Shown piece by piece: positions 39,635 through 47,773 of a stretch of DNA of 64,000 nt. Source of the stretch: a virus; the IMG/VR virus record IMGVR_UViG_3300045988_160053, one strand, 5' to 3'. The position numbers and the translations under genes are program-made. The notes under the pieces are model-generated. The model had not been told where the DNA came from. It searched no databases and saw only the letters and a program-made list of their open reading frames with translations. Positions within the stretch are counted from its first letter, which is position 1; every line of letters starts with the position of its first letter.

Positions 39635-41305
39635 ATGGCAGAAATTAAAGGAATTGATGTTTCCAGATGGAATGGAAACATCGACTGGAAAACTGTTGCT
39701 AGTTATGGAATGGGCTTCGCTATCCTAAGAATTACAGAAAAAGGAAATATTGTTGATAGCACATTCGAACCTAATTATAAAGGCTGTATTGAGAATAAGA
39801 TTCCTGTTGGAGTCTATAAATACAGCTATGCTACTACTATTGCTCAGATTGAAGATGAAGCAAATGTAGTTATTAAAACATTGAATAAAAGAAAACTGGA
39901 TTATCCAGTGTTTCTTGATATAGAGGATAAATGTCAGGAGAATTTATCTGACAGTTTAATGATGAAAATGATCGAAGCTTTTAGAGCTATTATTGTCAAA
40001 GCTGGATATAAATTTGGTATTTACTGTGGTTATTCTTGGTATCAGAACCAGTTACCAAAAGGTGCTAAAAAGTACGATTGCTGGGTTGCTCGATATCCTA
40101 ATAATGATACCGGTGAATTACAGGAAAGATTAAGAGTTCCTGCTTCTACTGGTGTTATTGGATGGCAATATTCTAGTAAGGCAACCATTCCTGGTATTCC
40201 AACAAAAACCGATCGAAGTGTATTCTATAAAGACTATTCTAAATCTTCTACTACTTCTACAAACTCTCTCAAACCAACAACTACACAAGGAAGTGATACT
40301 ATGAATAAAGATAAAGCTATTGATGCTCTTATTGCTTGCGCTGAAAATGAGGTTGGATATTTAGAGAAGAAATCTAATTCTCAGCTTGATGATAAAACTG
40401 CAAATGCAGGTTACAATAACTACACTAAATACTGGAGAGACGTATATCCTCAGTATCAGGCACAGGCTTGGTGTGCAGCGTTTGTGAGTTGGTGCATGAT
40501 GAAAACATTCGGTCTTGATGTAGCTAAAAAACTCCTTAAACATTGGCCTTATGTATACTGTCCTACTCTTGGAAATCTCTTCACAAAGTATGCAAATCCA
40601 CAGCGAGGAGACATTGTGATCTTCTATCGTAACGGTACTTTTGCACATACAGGAATTGTCACAAAAGTTGAAGGTGATAAGTTTTATACTATTGAAGGGA
40701 ATACTTCAGCTGGCTCTACTGTTGTTCCAAATGGTGGAGGAGTTTTTGCTAAATCTTATTACAATTCTAATCTTCCAGGCACTAAATTCTGTCGTCCAGA
40801 CTATTCTATTGTCACATCTATTTTAACATCTACTGCACCTGTACAGCCATCTTATACTGCATGGGTAGGTTCTTGTACAGCTAATGGAACAGATGTATTC
40901 TCAGACGCTACAGGAGCTTCTAAGCTAAGTACATATCCTAAACTTAATGCAGGTAATCTTGTGGATATCATCGGTGAATCTGGTACAAGATATCAGGTTC
41001 GTATCGCTGCAAAATATATAGGGTATGTAGAAAAATCTAACATTAAAAATCCTAATACTCCTGCTGCAACAACTACAAAAAAATATCCATTTGTAGGAAA
41101 AGTAACTGCAAGTAAATTGAATGTTCGCAAAAAACCCGGTACTGAACATCCATTACTTCCAGAGTATCCGATGTTAAATAAAGACAATCTTGTTAATGTC
41201 CTCGGAGTTACAAAAGATACTAAAGGTAACAGATGGTACAAAGTATCAATTACTAAAAATGAATATGTTGGCTATGTATCAGCCAAATATATTACTAAGG
41301 CATAA
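39635..41305 (+). CDS. endolysin: GH25 muramidase + CHAP peptidase + two SH3b domains
   Basis: Trimmed to ATG 39635 (RBS AAAGGAGG).
- GH25: GIDVSRWNGNIDW and FLDIED, about 39635-40240.
- Ser/Thr linker.
- CHAP: AWCAAFVSW Cys and FAHTGIV His, about 40300-40810.
- Two SH3b-like repeats at about 40850-41040 and 41085-41300. Confidence 0.85.
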   Translation: MAEIKGIDVSRWNGNIDWKTVASYGMGFAILRITEKGNIVDSTFEPNYKGCIENKIPVGVYKYSYATTIAQIEDEANVVIKTLNKRKLDYPVFLDIEDKCQENLSDSLMMKMIEAFRAIIVKAGYKFGIYCGYSWYQNQLPKGAKKYDCWVARYPNNDTGELQERLRVPASTGVIGWQYSSKATIPGIPTKTDRSVFYKDYSKSSTTSTNSLKPTTTQGSDTMNKDKAIDALIACAENEVGYLEKKSNSQLDDKTANAGYNNYTKYWRDVYPQYQAQAWCAAFVSWCMMKTFGLDVAKKLLKHWPYVYCPTLGNLFTKYANPQRGDIVIFYRNGTFAHTGIVTKVEGDKFYTIEGNTSAGSTVVPNGGGVFAKSYYNSNLPGTKFCRPDYSIVTSILTSTAPVQPSYTAWVGSCTANGTDVFSDATGASKLSTYPKLNAGNLVDIIGESGTRYQVRIAAKYIGYVEKSNIKNPNTPAATTTKKYPFVGKVTASKLNVRKKPGTEHPLLPEYPMLNKDNLVNVLGVTKDTKGNRWYKVSITKNEYVGYVSAKYITKA

Positions 41306-41316
41306 GGAGGTACATC

Positions 41317-41865
41317 ATGGGTATTGAACAGATACAGAAAATCCATGAGTTTGGTGAGATCAATGTGATCATATCTTTACTTCTTTGTGCAATGCTTGTT
41401 ATAGCTTTAAAAGCTGGATGGGAGAAACTTCTTGATGTTCTTGGTCTCGAAACAAAAGCATCTCTACAGAAGAAAGCTTTAGAGAAGAAGTTGTCTGATA
41501 TGGAACAGAAAATTGCTGATTTTGAGCAGTCTCAACATAATTATCATGACCAGTCCATTAATATCAGAGATGATCTGAGAACAAATCAAAATACTCTGAG
41601 CACACAGCTTACTGATCTTACAACTTTGATGCAGAACTTTATAACTAATCAAGATGAGTGTACTGTAGCATCATTTAGAAGTTCTCTCTGGAGAATGCAT
41701 AGAGACTTTATGGCACAAGGGTACATCACACCGGATGGATTAAAGACATTCCTAGAGATGGGAAAGCTTTATGAAAAGGCTGGTGGAAATGATATTTATC
41801 ATGAGAAATTACTTCCAGATATTGAATCTCTGGAAGTCAGATATACAAAAGACAATGTACTATAA
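41317..41865 (+). CDS. single-pass membrane coiled-coil protein downstream of the endolysin (possible lysis accessory or holin-like)
   Basis: TM segment INVIISLLLCAMLVIALKAGW followed by coiled coil. RBS TAAGGAGGT. The functional call rests on position only. Confidence 0.5.
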   Translation: MGIEQIQKIHEFGEINVIISLLLCAMLVIALKAGWEKLLDVLGLETKASLQKKALEKKLSDMEQKIADFEQSQHNYHDQSINIRDDLRTNQNTLSTQLTDLTTLMQNFITNQDECTVASFRSSLWRMHRDFMAQGYITPDGLKTFLEMGKLYEKAGGNDIYHEKLLPDIESLEVRYTKDNVL

Positions 41866-41870
41866 TTTAT

Positions 41871-41907
41871 GGGTAGTCAAGCATTATACTTGGCTACCCA
41901 TTTTTTT
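41871..41907. terminator. terminator hairpin between convergent late operon and minus-strand gene
   Basis: GGGTAGTCAAG (41871-41881) pairs with CTTGGCTACCC (41889-41899) including one G-U pair. 7-nt loop, followed by ATTTTTTT on the + strand. Confidence 0.6.
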
Positions 41908-42175
41908 ACTTTGATTCTTTATCAAGCATATTCCGAACGTCTTCTACAGAAAGTCCTTTTTCTCGAAGTAATTTGGCAAGATCTTTCATAGACTGTTCTT
42001 CTTTTACGGCTGCTTCTTTCTTCTCTGCTGCAACAAAATCTTTAGAAAGATTCTTTTTCTGCAATTTAAGAGTCTTAAGCTCGTCAGTAAGCTTAGTAAT
42101 TTGTTCTTCTGTTGATGCAATCTGCGCTTTAACTTCTTCAGTTGTTAATTCCACTACTCGTCTTTTACCTCTCAT
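41906..42175 (-). CDS. small coiled-coil protein (89 aa)
   Basis: Track ORF with an AGGAGGTAC RBS. Charged heptad sequence. It would lie at a prophage end after integration at the proposed attP. Confidence 0.6.
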   Translation of the reverse strand: MRGKRRVVELTTEEVKAQIASTEEQITKLTDELKTLKLQKKNLSKDFVAAEKKEAAVKEEQSMKDLAKLLREKGLSVEDVRNMLDKESK

Positions 42176-42205
42176 TTGAAGTACCTCCTGACATAATTAT
42201 AAATA

Positions 42206-42234
42206 ATCATATCATAAAATTATTAAAGGTACAA
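42206..42234 (-). promoter_or_regulatory. candidate sigma-A promoter for the 89-aa gene
   Basis: On the minus strand: TTGTAC (42234-42229), a 17-nt spacer, then TATGAT (42211-42206), about 30 nt upstream of ATG 42175. AT-rich context, so it could be a chance match. Confidence 0.35.
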
Positions 42235-42319
42235 GATGTCACCGGAGTGTTAACATCATTTACCTACCTCCTCTGGTAGTTATTTTAGGAAAATTGTCTC
42301 ATTGTACTGTTTAGTTTTG

Positions 42320-42544
42320 ACACCATTTGTACACCATTTTTGTGTTAAGTTACGTGAAGATATAACATGATACGTGAATGTTAATCCTTTAAATTCAATA
42401 TATAATGGTTAAAAATGGTCATATTTATTTAATTTCATGTTCCTCATGGAAATGCTTATATTTTTCTATAAGTCGTTTATAGGTCCCTGTAAAATCAATG
42501 ATTTTAATGTGCTAATACTGATTTTACACCATTTTTACACCATT
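42320..42544. repeat. two pairs of direct repeats ACACCATT(T) flanking about 185 bp: candidate integrase arm-type sites / attP
   Basis: ACACCATTT at 42320-42328 and 42331-42339. ACACCATTT at 42526-42534 and ACACCATT at 42537-42544. Spacing within each pair is 11 bp. Located in the 375-bp non-coding gap next to the integrase 3' end. Confidence 0.4.
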
Positions 42545-42550
42545 CTATAG

Positions 42551-43759
42551 TTAGCTGATTTTTTGGAATGCTCTGCACGTATTTATATCGTTCATCGTAT
42601 TTTCTAACAACTTAATGTCACTCATTTTTTTATCACTTAAAACTTCTGTATAGATATCCATGGTCATCTGAATATTTGTATGTCCAAGATATGATTGTAC
42701 TGTTTTTGGTGGGATTCCTGCCTCAAAACAGCGTGTGGCAAATGTGTGTCTAAATGTATGCGCACTAAATTTTGGCATCAGAGGCTGATTTTGAGATGCT
42801 CTAATTTTATTAACATTATTTCTTACTGTACGTATCGAACTACCAAGTACTTCATCCATCAAGGGTCTATTATTTCTTGTCACGAAAAGGAGTTTGCCAA
42901 GAACGTCAGAGTCATAATCAATCGGTGGCAATGTATTGAGCTGCTGTACTTGATCTTCAATTGCTTTTCTACATATGGAATTCATCGGTACGGTTCTTAT
43001 ACTGGATTTAGTTTTTGGTATGCTGATTTTGTATCCTAAAAAATCATCTTTTGAAGATTTTCTAAAATAAGTTAAAGTTTTAGTAACATTTATAGTATTA
43101 TTTTCAAAATCAATATCATCTAAAGTAAGCGCTCTCAATTCTCCTGAGCGAAGTCCTGTATTAACTGCGACAACATATAGATTATAATAGAAGCATCCTT
43201 TCGCCATAAAGAAGAAATCTCTTTGATCCTCACGGGATAAGGTAACGATTTTTCTTCTGTCAGTTCCGATTATTTTTATGCCTTTTGCCGGGTTTTTAGT
43301 ACATAAATCATTATCCATAGCATAAGAGAATAAATCGCACAAAACTGTACGTATATTATTGACTGTACTTTTATGTAACCTTTTACCCAGTCCGTTAAGT
43401 AAATCTGTTACCATCAATTTAGTAATTGATGACAATGGCAATCTGCCTAGCACAGGTTTTATATAGCAATGGTATGTACGTATATATATTCTAATTGTAC
43501 TTGGCTTCAGAACAGGTTCTTTATATACCCTCATCCACTTTTCATACCACTGATCCAAAGTCATATTGGAGTCTACTACATTATTTTTACTGTAATTATC
43601 TACAACTTCACTCATTAATGCATTTTTAACTTCTTTTAAAGTTATCCCGTATACACATCTACGCTTCCCGAACCTATCTGTAAATCGGGCTTGATATCTA
43701 CCGTCCTTTCTCTGTGAAATGCCCTTTCCGAGTTCTTTACCTTTTAAATCTTTTCCCAT
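42551..43759 (-). CDS. int: tyrosine recombinase (phage integrase)
   Basis: C-terminal catalytic region …LRSGELRAL… / …AHTFRHTFATRCFEAGIPPKTVQSYLGHTNIQMTMDIYTEV (R…HxxR…Y pattern). N-terminal SAM-like domain. RBS GAAAGGATG. Confidence 0.9.
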   Translation of the reverse strand: MGKDLKGKELGKGISQRKDGRYQARFTDRFGKRRCVYGITLKEVKNALMSEVVDNYSKNNVVDSNMTLDQWYEKWMRVYKEPVLKPSTIRIYIRTYHCYIKPVLGRLPLSSITKLMVTDLLNGLGKRLHKSTVNNIRTVLCDLFSYAMDNDLCTKNPAKGIKIIGTDRRKIVTLSREDQRDFFFMAKGCFYYNLYVVAVNTGLRSGELRALTLDDIDFENNTINVTKTLTYFRKSSKDDFLGYKISIPKTKSSIRTVPMNSICRKAIEDQVQQLNTLPPIDYDSDVLGKLLFVTRNNRPLMDEVLGSSIRTVRNNVNKIRASQNQPLMPKFSAHTFRHTFATRCFEAGIPPKTVQSYLGHTNIQMTMDIYTEVLSDKKMSDIKLLENTMNDINTCRAFQKIS

Positions 43760-43779
43760 TATACATCATCCTTTCAAAA

Positions 43780-43835
43780 AGTCCGTATGTACAATGAGGC
43801 AATTTTCTACATTAATCATATCATACATACGGACT
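43780..43835 (-). promoter_or_regulatory. 12-bp perfect inverted repeat between xis and int (terminator/attenuator-like on the minus strand, or operator)
   Basis: AGTCCGTATGTA (43780-43791) and TACATACGGACT (43824-43835), 32 nt apart. On the minus strand the second arm is followed by TTTTTG. Confidence 0.35.
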
Positions 43836-43843
43836 TCTTTCAA

Positions 43844-44032
43844 TTATAAATAGACAATGCTATCTAAATATTTTTCAAACTTCTGTCTTTTTATCAGACA
43901 TCTGTTACCGGAGTACATGACAAAAGTACATCCCGGTTCTTTAACAAGCTCACGTAGCTTATTTTTTCCTATATTAAAGTATTGAGCAGCCTCATCTATA
44001 GTTAGAGCATATTTCTCAGATAATGCGATCAT
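43844..44032 (-). CDS. xis: excisionase-family DNA-binding protein
   Basis: 62 aa. LTIDEAAQYFNIGKNKLRELV is a typical excisionase/MerR-type HTH. Sits immediately upstream of int. Confidence 0.7.
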   Translation of the reverse strand: MIALSEKYALTIDEAAQYFNIGKNKLRELVKEPGCTFVMYSGNRCLIKRQKFEKYLDSIVYL

Positions 44033-44267
44033 CTTCTTCTACTTTCCAAAATCCAAGTTGATGCTCCAGATCTTCTATTAATTTAGTATTGTCACTCTGA
44101 ATTACTACTTCAATTGTTTTTGGAAGTTCAAATGATAACACTCCTAAAATAGATTTAAGATCTATAATATATCTTCCAAATTTTCCATCAATATCACAAT
44201 CTTTAAACTTATTTGCAATAGATACAACAGCCGTAGCATCTGCTGAATTATTTAGTCGAATTTTCAT
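44016..44267 (-). CDS. HPr-fold (Crh-like) protein lacking the His15 site
   Basis: IDLKSILGVLSFEL aligns with the HPr Ser46 region (VNLKSIMGVMSLGI), and overall spacing matches HPr. The G-I-H-A-R-P-A active-site segment is replaced by NSADATA. RBS AGAAAGGAT. Confidence 0.5.
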   Translation of the reverse strand: MKIRLNNSADATAVVSIANKFKDCDIDGKFGRYIIDLKSILGVLSFELPKTIEVVIQSDNTKLIEDLEHQLGFWKVEEDDRII

Positions 44268-44362
44268 AGTTATCCTTTCTTTTTATCAAATAAAATGATA
44301 TACTATACATGGTTGTATTTGATGTATAGCATTCATACATATAACCATACACATTTTTCTTT

Positions 44363-44402
44363 AAAGAGGCACTAACCATATACGGAGTGCCTCTTTTTTT
44401 TT
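44363..44402 (+). terminator. strong plus-strand intrinsic terminator inside a minus-strand gene block
   Basis: AAAGAGGCAC (44363-44372) pairs perfectly with GTGCCTCTTT (44387-44396). 14-nt loop, then a T-run to 44402. In the minus orientation the hairpin is followed only by TTTAAAG. Confidence 0.55.
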
Positions 44403-44406
44403 ACTT

Positions 44407-44586
44407 TTAATCATCATATTCCCATTCACGAGTGTGTCTATTATAATGACTATTCGCTTTGCACCGGAAGTCATATTGAGTAGAATCTCCTTTACGAAGT
44501 GGACACTCATTACAATGGACACGATTATTTTTATCATATGTGCTATATTTTTCGCATATAGCTTTTTCTCTGTCTGTTGTAAGCAT
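44407..44586 (-). CDS. small Cys-rich protein (59 aa), below the track's size cutoff
   Basis: My translation: MLTTDREKAICEKYSTYDKNNRVHCNECPLRKGDSTQYDFRCKANSHYNRHTREWEYDD. Starts 3 nt after the upstream stop. Its Cys pattern echoes the upstream 158-aa protein. Confidence 0.4.
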   Translation of the reverse strand: MLTTDREKAICEKYSTYDKNNRVHCNECPLRKGDSTQYDFRCKANSHYNRHTREWEYDD

Positions 44587-44589
44587 ATG

Positions 44590-45066
44590 TTATTCGTCTC
44601 TCACCTCTAATTTTTTCAAGTCTTCAATGCCCCAAGGTGCTTCATCCTCCCATTTAATGAAGTTAAACATATTACCATACATATCTCTTGATACATAAAA
44701 ATAATTACTATCTTCAGTTATCCACAATTCATTCATAGAATTACGTCTTGGTTTATTATAGTAAATATAAAGATCATTATTGATATCTCTTGCAATATAT
44801 TTACAATTAGACAGAAGGGCATCAAGGAAGTTCTTTTCTCTTGATGTAATTGTAGGTTTCTCTACATATTCTGATTCAGCCCATTCACGTAATCGATCGG
44901 AGCATGCCTGTGAACGTCCAATATGTTTACCACAACCATCAAACATGCATGATTCACATGATATATTACTACAATAAGCGATTTTATTTTCTTTTGTTAC
45001 TGCTATACTCCTACCATTACAAGCAATATCCAAAATCTCTTTAGCAAATTTCTCTCTATTCTTCAT
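44590..45066 (-). CDS. hypothetical Cys-containing protein (158 aa)
   Basis: Track ORF with an AGAGGTG RBS. CSNISCESCMFDGCGKH cluster. Confidence 0.6.
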   Translation of the reverse strand: MKNREKFAKEILDIACNGRSIAVTKENKIAYCSNISCESCMFDGCGKHIGRSQACSDRLREWAESEYVEKPTITSREKNFLDALLSNCKYIARDINNDLYIYYNKPRRNSMNELWITEDSNYFYVSRDMYGNMFNFIKWEDEAPWGIEDLKKLEVRDE

Positions 45067-45080
45067 AAGCGTTTACACCT

Positions 45081-45611
45081 CTACTTATTCTTTGTTGTAC
45101 TTCCAAATCCACCATTTCTTATGCCTGTTACTTCATCATCAATAGTAATACCATATTCTAAAAATACTCCCTGTACAACATTGTCACCTTCTCTAATTGT
45201 ACATTCTTTATCACCATTATTTTTCAGTTTAACAAAGATATGTCCTTCGTTATCACTGTAATAAAAATCTGAATCCACAATACCTGTTTGATTCATGAGA
45301 TTTAACCCATATTTGCATCCTAATCCACTTCTAGGATATAACATTAGGACCCAATCTATGTTCATTTCACATCTGATCCCTGTAGGAATTTTAATGGTTT
45401 CACCCGGCTTTAAAGTAAATGTCAAAGGACTTACAAAGTCATATCCTGCGCTGCCTTTTGTTGCTCTTTTAGGTAACGTAATTGCATCATAAATATCCTT
45501 AATATTTCGCCTAGTTGACATATTTAGTTCAGGAACATTAAATGCATCAATCCAATCTTTTTCAAACTGTCTGTATGTAACTTTCTCAAATCTTGCTACT
45601 CTTTTTGCCAT
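45081..45611 (-). CDS. dut: dUTP diphosphatase (trimeric dUTPase family)
   Basis: ATKGSAGYDF, RSGLG, GIVDSDFY and GDNVVQGVF motifs in canonical order. RBS AAAGGAG. Confidence 0.85.
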   Translation of the reverse strand: MAKRVARFEKVTYRQFEKDWIDAFNVPELNMSTRRNIKDIYDAITLPKRATKGSAGYDFVSPLTFTLKPGETIKIPTGIRCEMNIDWVLMLYPRSGLGCKYGLNLMNQTGIVDSDFYYSDNEGHIFVKLKNNGDKECTIREGDNVVQGVFLEYGITIDDEVTGIRNGGFGSTTKNK

Positions 45612-45666
45612 ATTATTAATCTCCTTTTTGTATGTAATTTAATGTATATATTATCTGAGTATAACT

Positions 45667-46119
45667 TTATATTAAATGAGCATTTTGCAATTCTTTTAGT
45701 TTAGTTTGTGCTTCTTCATACGTAAAAAAGTATTTTTTACCAATATCCTTTTTAGAAATATAATCCAAGTGACTAATAAGGTTAATCGTGTCTATATAGT
45801 ATTCTTTCTTACTACTACATCCATAGTCGTTACAATGGTTACATTCATCACTATATCCATCGTGTTCTATTCCTTTATGACATTTCGACCATATAAAATC
45901 AATATAATAAAGTATTATATCGTTACTTAATTTTATTGATTGTTTAATATTGTCAGATTGTTCATAATTTGCTAATTGACGAGCAATTTTATTAAGAATT
46001 TTCCATCTTTTGTTTTTTGCAAGTTGCTTAATTGTAAGTCCTTTATCAGATGGATAACCGTCTGGGTGGAACAAAATCTCTCCATTTTCAGTAACGTAAG
46101 TTAATCTTTCGATCCGCAT
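45667..46119 (-). CDS. hypothetical protein (150 aa)
   Basis: Track ORF. RBS AAAGGAG lies inside the end of the upstream gene (19-nt overlap). Confidence 0.6.
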   Translation of the reverse strand: MRIERLTYVTENGEILFHPDGYPSDKGLTIKQLAKNKRWKILNKIARQLANYEQSDNIKQSIKLSNDIILYYIDFIWSKCHKGIEHDGYSDECNHCNDYGCSSKKEYYIDTINLISHLDYISKKDIGKKYFFTYEEAQTKLKELQNAHLI

Positions 46120-46808
46120 TTACAAATCTCCTTTTTTAAATATTCAATATATTCATTCCATTCGCCTAATGAATGGATATATTCTTTAGTTTTTAAACAT
46201 TTTTTCTTCATATCTTTTTTCAAATCAATTGTCCTATACTGCTTATTTTTTTGAAGTTTATTGGTCAAAAAAGCATCGGTTACCCTAGAGACTAACAAGT
46301 AATCCTTACTGTCCATAGAATCCAAAATAGCGTTGTATTCTGCTAAATCTTCCTCAGGAATAGGGTAATTACATTTGGGTAAGTTCTTAGTCGAGAAAGG
46401 ACTAATATCAGCTCCTGCAATCGCAGGTTTAAGAAAAAGTGCTATGTATTCTAACTTACGAGCATGGAACTTAAACTCTATTTCTTTGTCGTTTTCCATG
46501 ATACTTCGTACAGTTCCTTCATCTTCAAGTGCCTTATATAATTCTTCATAAGTTTCATATTCAGGTAACCCAATATCATTAGCTATAGCTTTTAAAATAT
46601 TGTGTCCTCTTCCTATAGATGGGATATAAGCTACAAGAGTAGAAAAACCATAATGATATATCTGAGCGCCACCATAACACTTAATATAAATATCATCAAA
46701 ACTTGGATCTATTCCTCCAGAATCATCTCTGGGATAATCATTGGTACTTTGATCTATTGCAGCTTTTAGTCTATAAGTACCTTTATATTTCATTAGATAT
46801 TTTGCCAT
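46101..46808 (-). CDS. hypothetical protein (235 aa)
   Basis: Track ORF with an AGAGG RBS. No motif. Confidence 0.6.
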   Translation of the reverse strand: MAKYLMKYKGTYRLKAAIDQSTNDYPRDDSGGIDPSFDDIYIKCYGGAQIYHYGFSTLVAYIPSIGRGHNILKAIANDIGLPEYETYEELYKALEDEGTVRSIMENDKEIEFKFHARKLEYIALFLKPAIAGADISPFSTKNLPKCNYPIPEEDLAEYNAILDSMDSKDYLLVSRVTDAFLTNKLQKNKQYRTIDLKKDMKKKCLKTKEYIHSLGEWNEYIEYLKKEICKCGSKD

Positions 46809-46857
46809 TTAAAACCTCTTCTTTTTCCTCTCATAACCAAATAAATATTATTCATGT

Positions 46858-47349
46858 TTATCTTTTAAACTCCTCTGCTAAAATTTCAAACTCCACATCA
46901 TCATGCAACTTTCCATCCATTAATTTACATATTTGTTTATGATAAGCACACTCTCTGCCGCCATGCTCCTTAATAAAGTTTCTGTACCCACGAATAGCCG
47001 GATTGTCTGCTATACAGATCCAACAAAGTCTATTCAAATGGTATTTATCAAAGATATCACATATGATTTGATATAAATCTTTAGCAAATAATACATTACC
47101 TTTATCAAAACTAATTGCGCCAAAACGATCAGCGCTCATTGTTACAAAGCTAACAGAATATGAAATATATCCTAATATATTGCCGTTATTGTCAACAGAA
47201 ACAAAATGATGAGAATCATAATTGTTGTTTGGAATATCCAGTTCTTCAACTCCAGACCAACCAGAATAATACATGTATTCTTCGTTATACCAAGTCTCTA
47301 TATATTTCTTTTTTATTTCTTCTTTATATAATTGTGCTGGTTTAATCAT
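46858..47349 (-). CDS. GNAT-family N-acetyltransferase-like protein
   Basis: Size and beta-alpha pattern …ILGYISYSV…RFGAISF…NPAIRGYRNFIKEHGG… resemble GNAT motif A/B regions. Identified by eye only. Confidence 0.5.
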   Translation of the reverse strand: MIKPAQLYKEEIKKKYIETWYNEEYMYYSGWSGVEELDIPNNNYDSHHFVSVDNNGNILGYISYSVSFVTMSADRFGAISFDKGNVLFAKDLYQIICDIFDKYHLNRLCWICIADNPAIRGYRNFIKEHGGRECAYHKQICKLMDGKLHDDVEFEILAEEFKR

Positions 47350-47369
47350 TCTTTATTCCTCATATTTAT

Positions 47370-47489
47370 TTAATATGTCATTAATGGTAACAAAAACGCC
47401 CATAAGCACCATGCTGAATGCGTGACTTTAATGCCTACAATTACTGCTAATGCAGTTGAAATCCATGCTGCTGCTTTTGCAAATTCCAT
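47370..47489 (-). CDS. 39-aa hydrophobic micro-protein
   Basis: My translation: MEFAKAAAWISTALAVIVGIKVTHSAWCLWAFLLPLMTY. Strong RBS AAAGGAGGATTAATAT before the ATG. Fills the gap between two genes. Confidence 0.4.
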   Translation of the reverse strand: MEFAKAAAWISTALAVIVGIKVTHSAWCLWAFLLPLMTY

Positions 47490-47492
47490 ATA

Positions 47493-47735
47493 TTAATCCT
47501 CCTTTAATACCATAATAACTGCATTACACATACCAATAATCCTTTGAAATTTTTCATCTTTCGAATGAACGTTTGTGCTAGGCAAGACATATCCATTTTC
47601 TGCAATTTCTTTTATTGCTGACATCCATTCAACAACAATGTTACTACCGGATTTTTCCTGAGACGTTTTTTTATCTGGTGGTGATACGTAAGGCAATTGT
47701 TGCGGCCTTCCTGGTGTCATATCTGCTTCCTCCAT
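47493..47735 (-). CDS. hypothetical protein (75-80 aa)
   Basis: Track ORF. The internal ATG at 47720 has the better RBS (GGAGGAAGCAGAT). Confidence 0.55.
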   Translation of the reverse strand: MEEADMTPGRPQQLPYVSPPDKKTSQEKSGSNIVVEWMSAIKEIAENGYVLPSTNVHSKDEKFQRIIGMCNAVIMVLKED

Positions 47736-47773
47736 TAATTTAATATAATTCCTTTAATGTTTTTATCATAATT

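Noticed and set aside
39142-41241. Minus-strand ORFs inside the maturase and endolysin genes (39142-39387, 40361-40648, 40925-41241) and 40641-40826 (+)
   Set aside because: They are nested in genes with clear catalytic motifs. No RBS.
42180-42550. A tRNA gene or tRNA fragment at the attachment region
   Set aside because: I could not fold any cloverleaf or find conserved T-loop (GTTCRANYC) or D-loop elements in the gap.
42695-43039. 114-aa plus-strand ORF
   Set aside because: Entirely antisense to the well-supported integrase gene, with no RBS.
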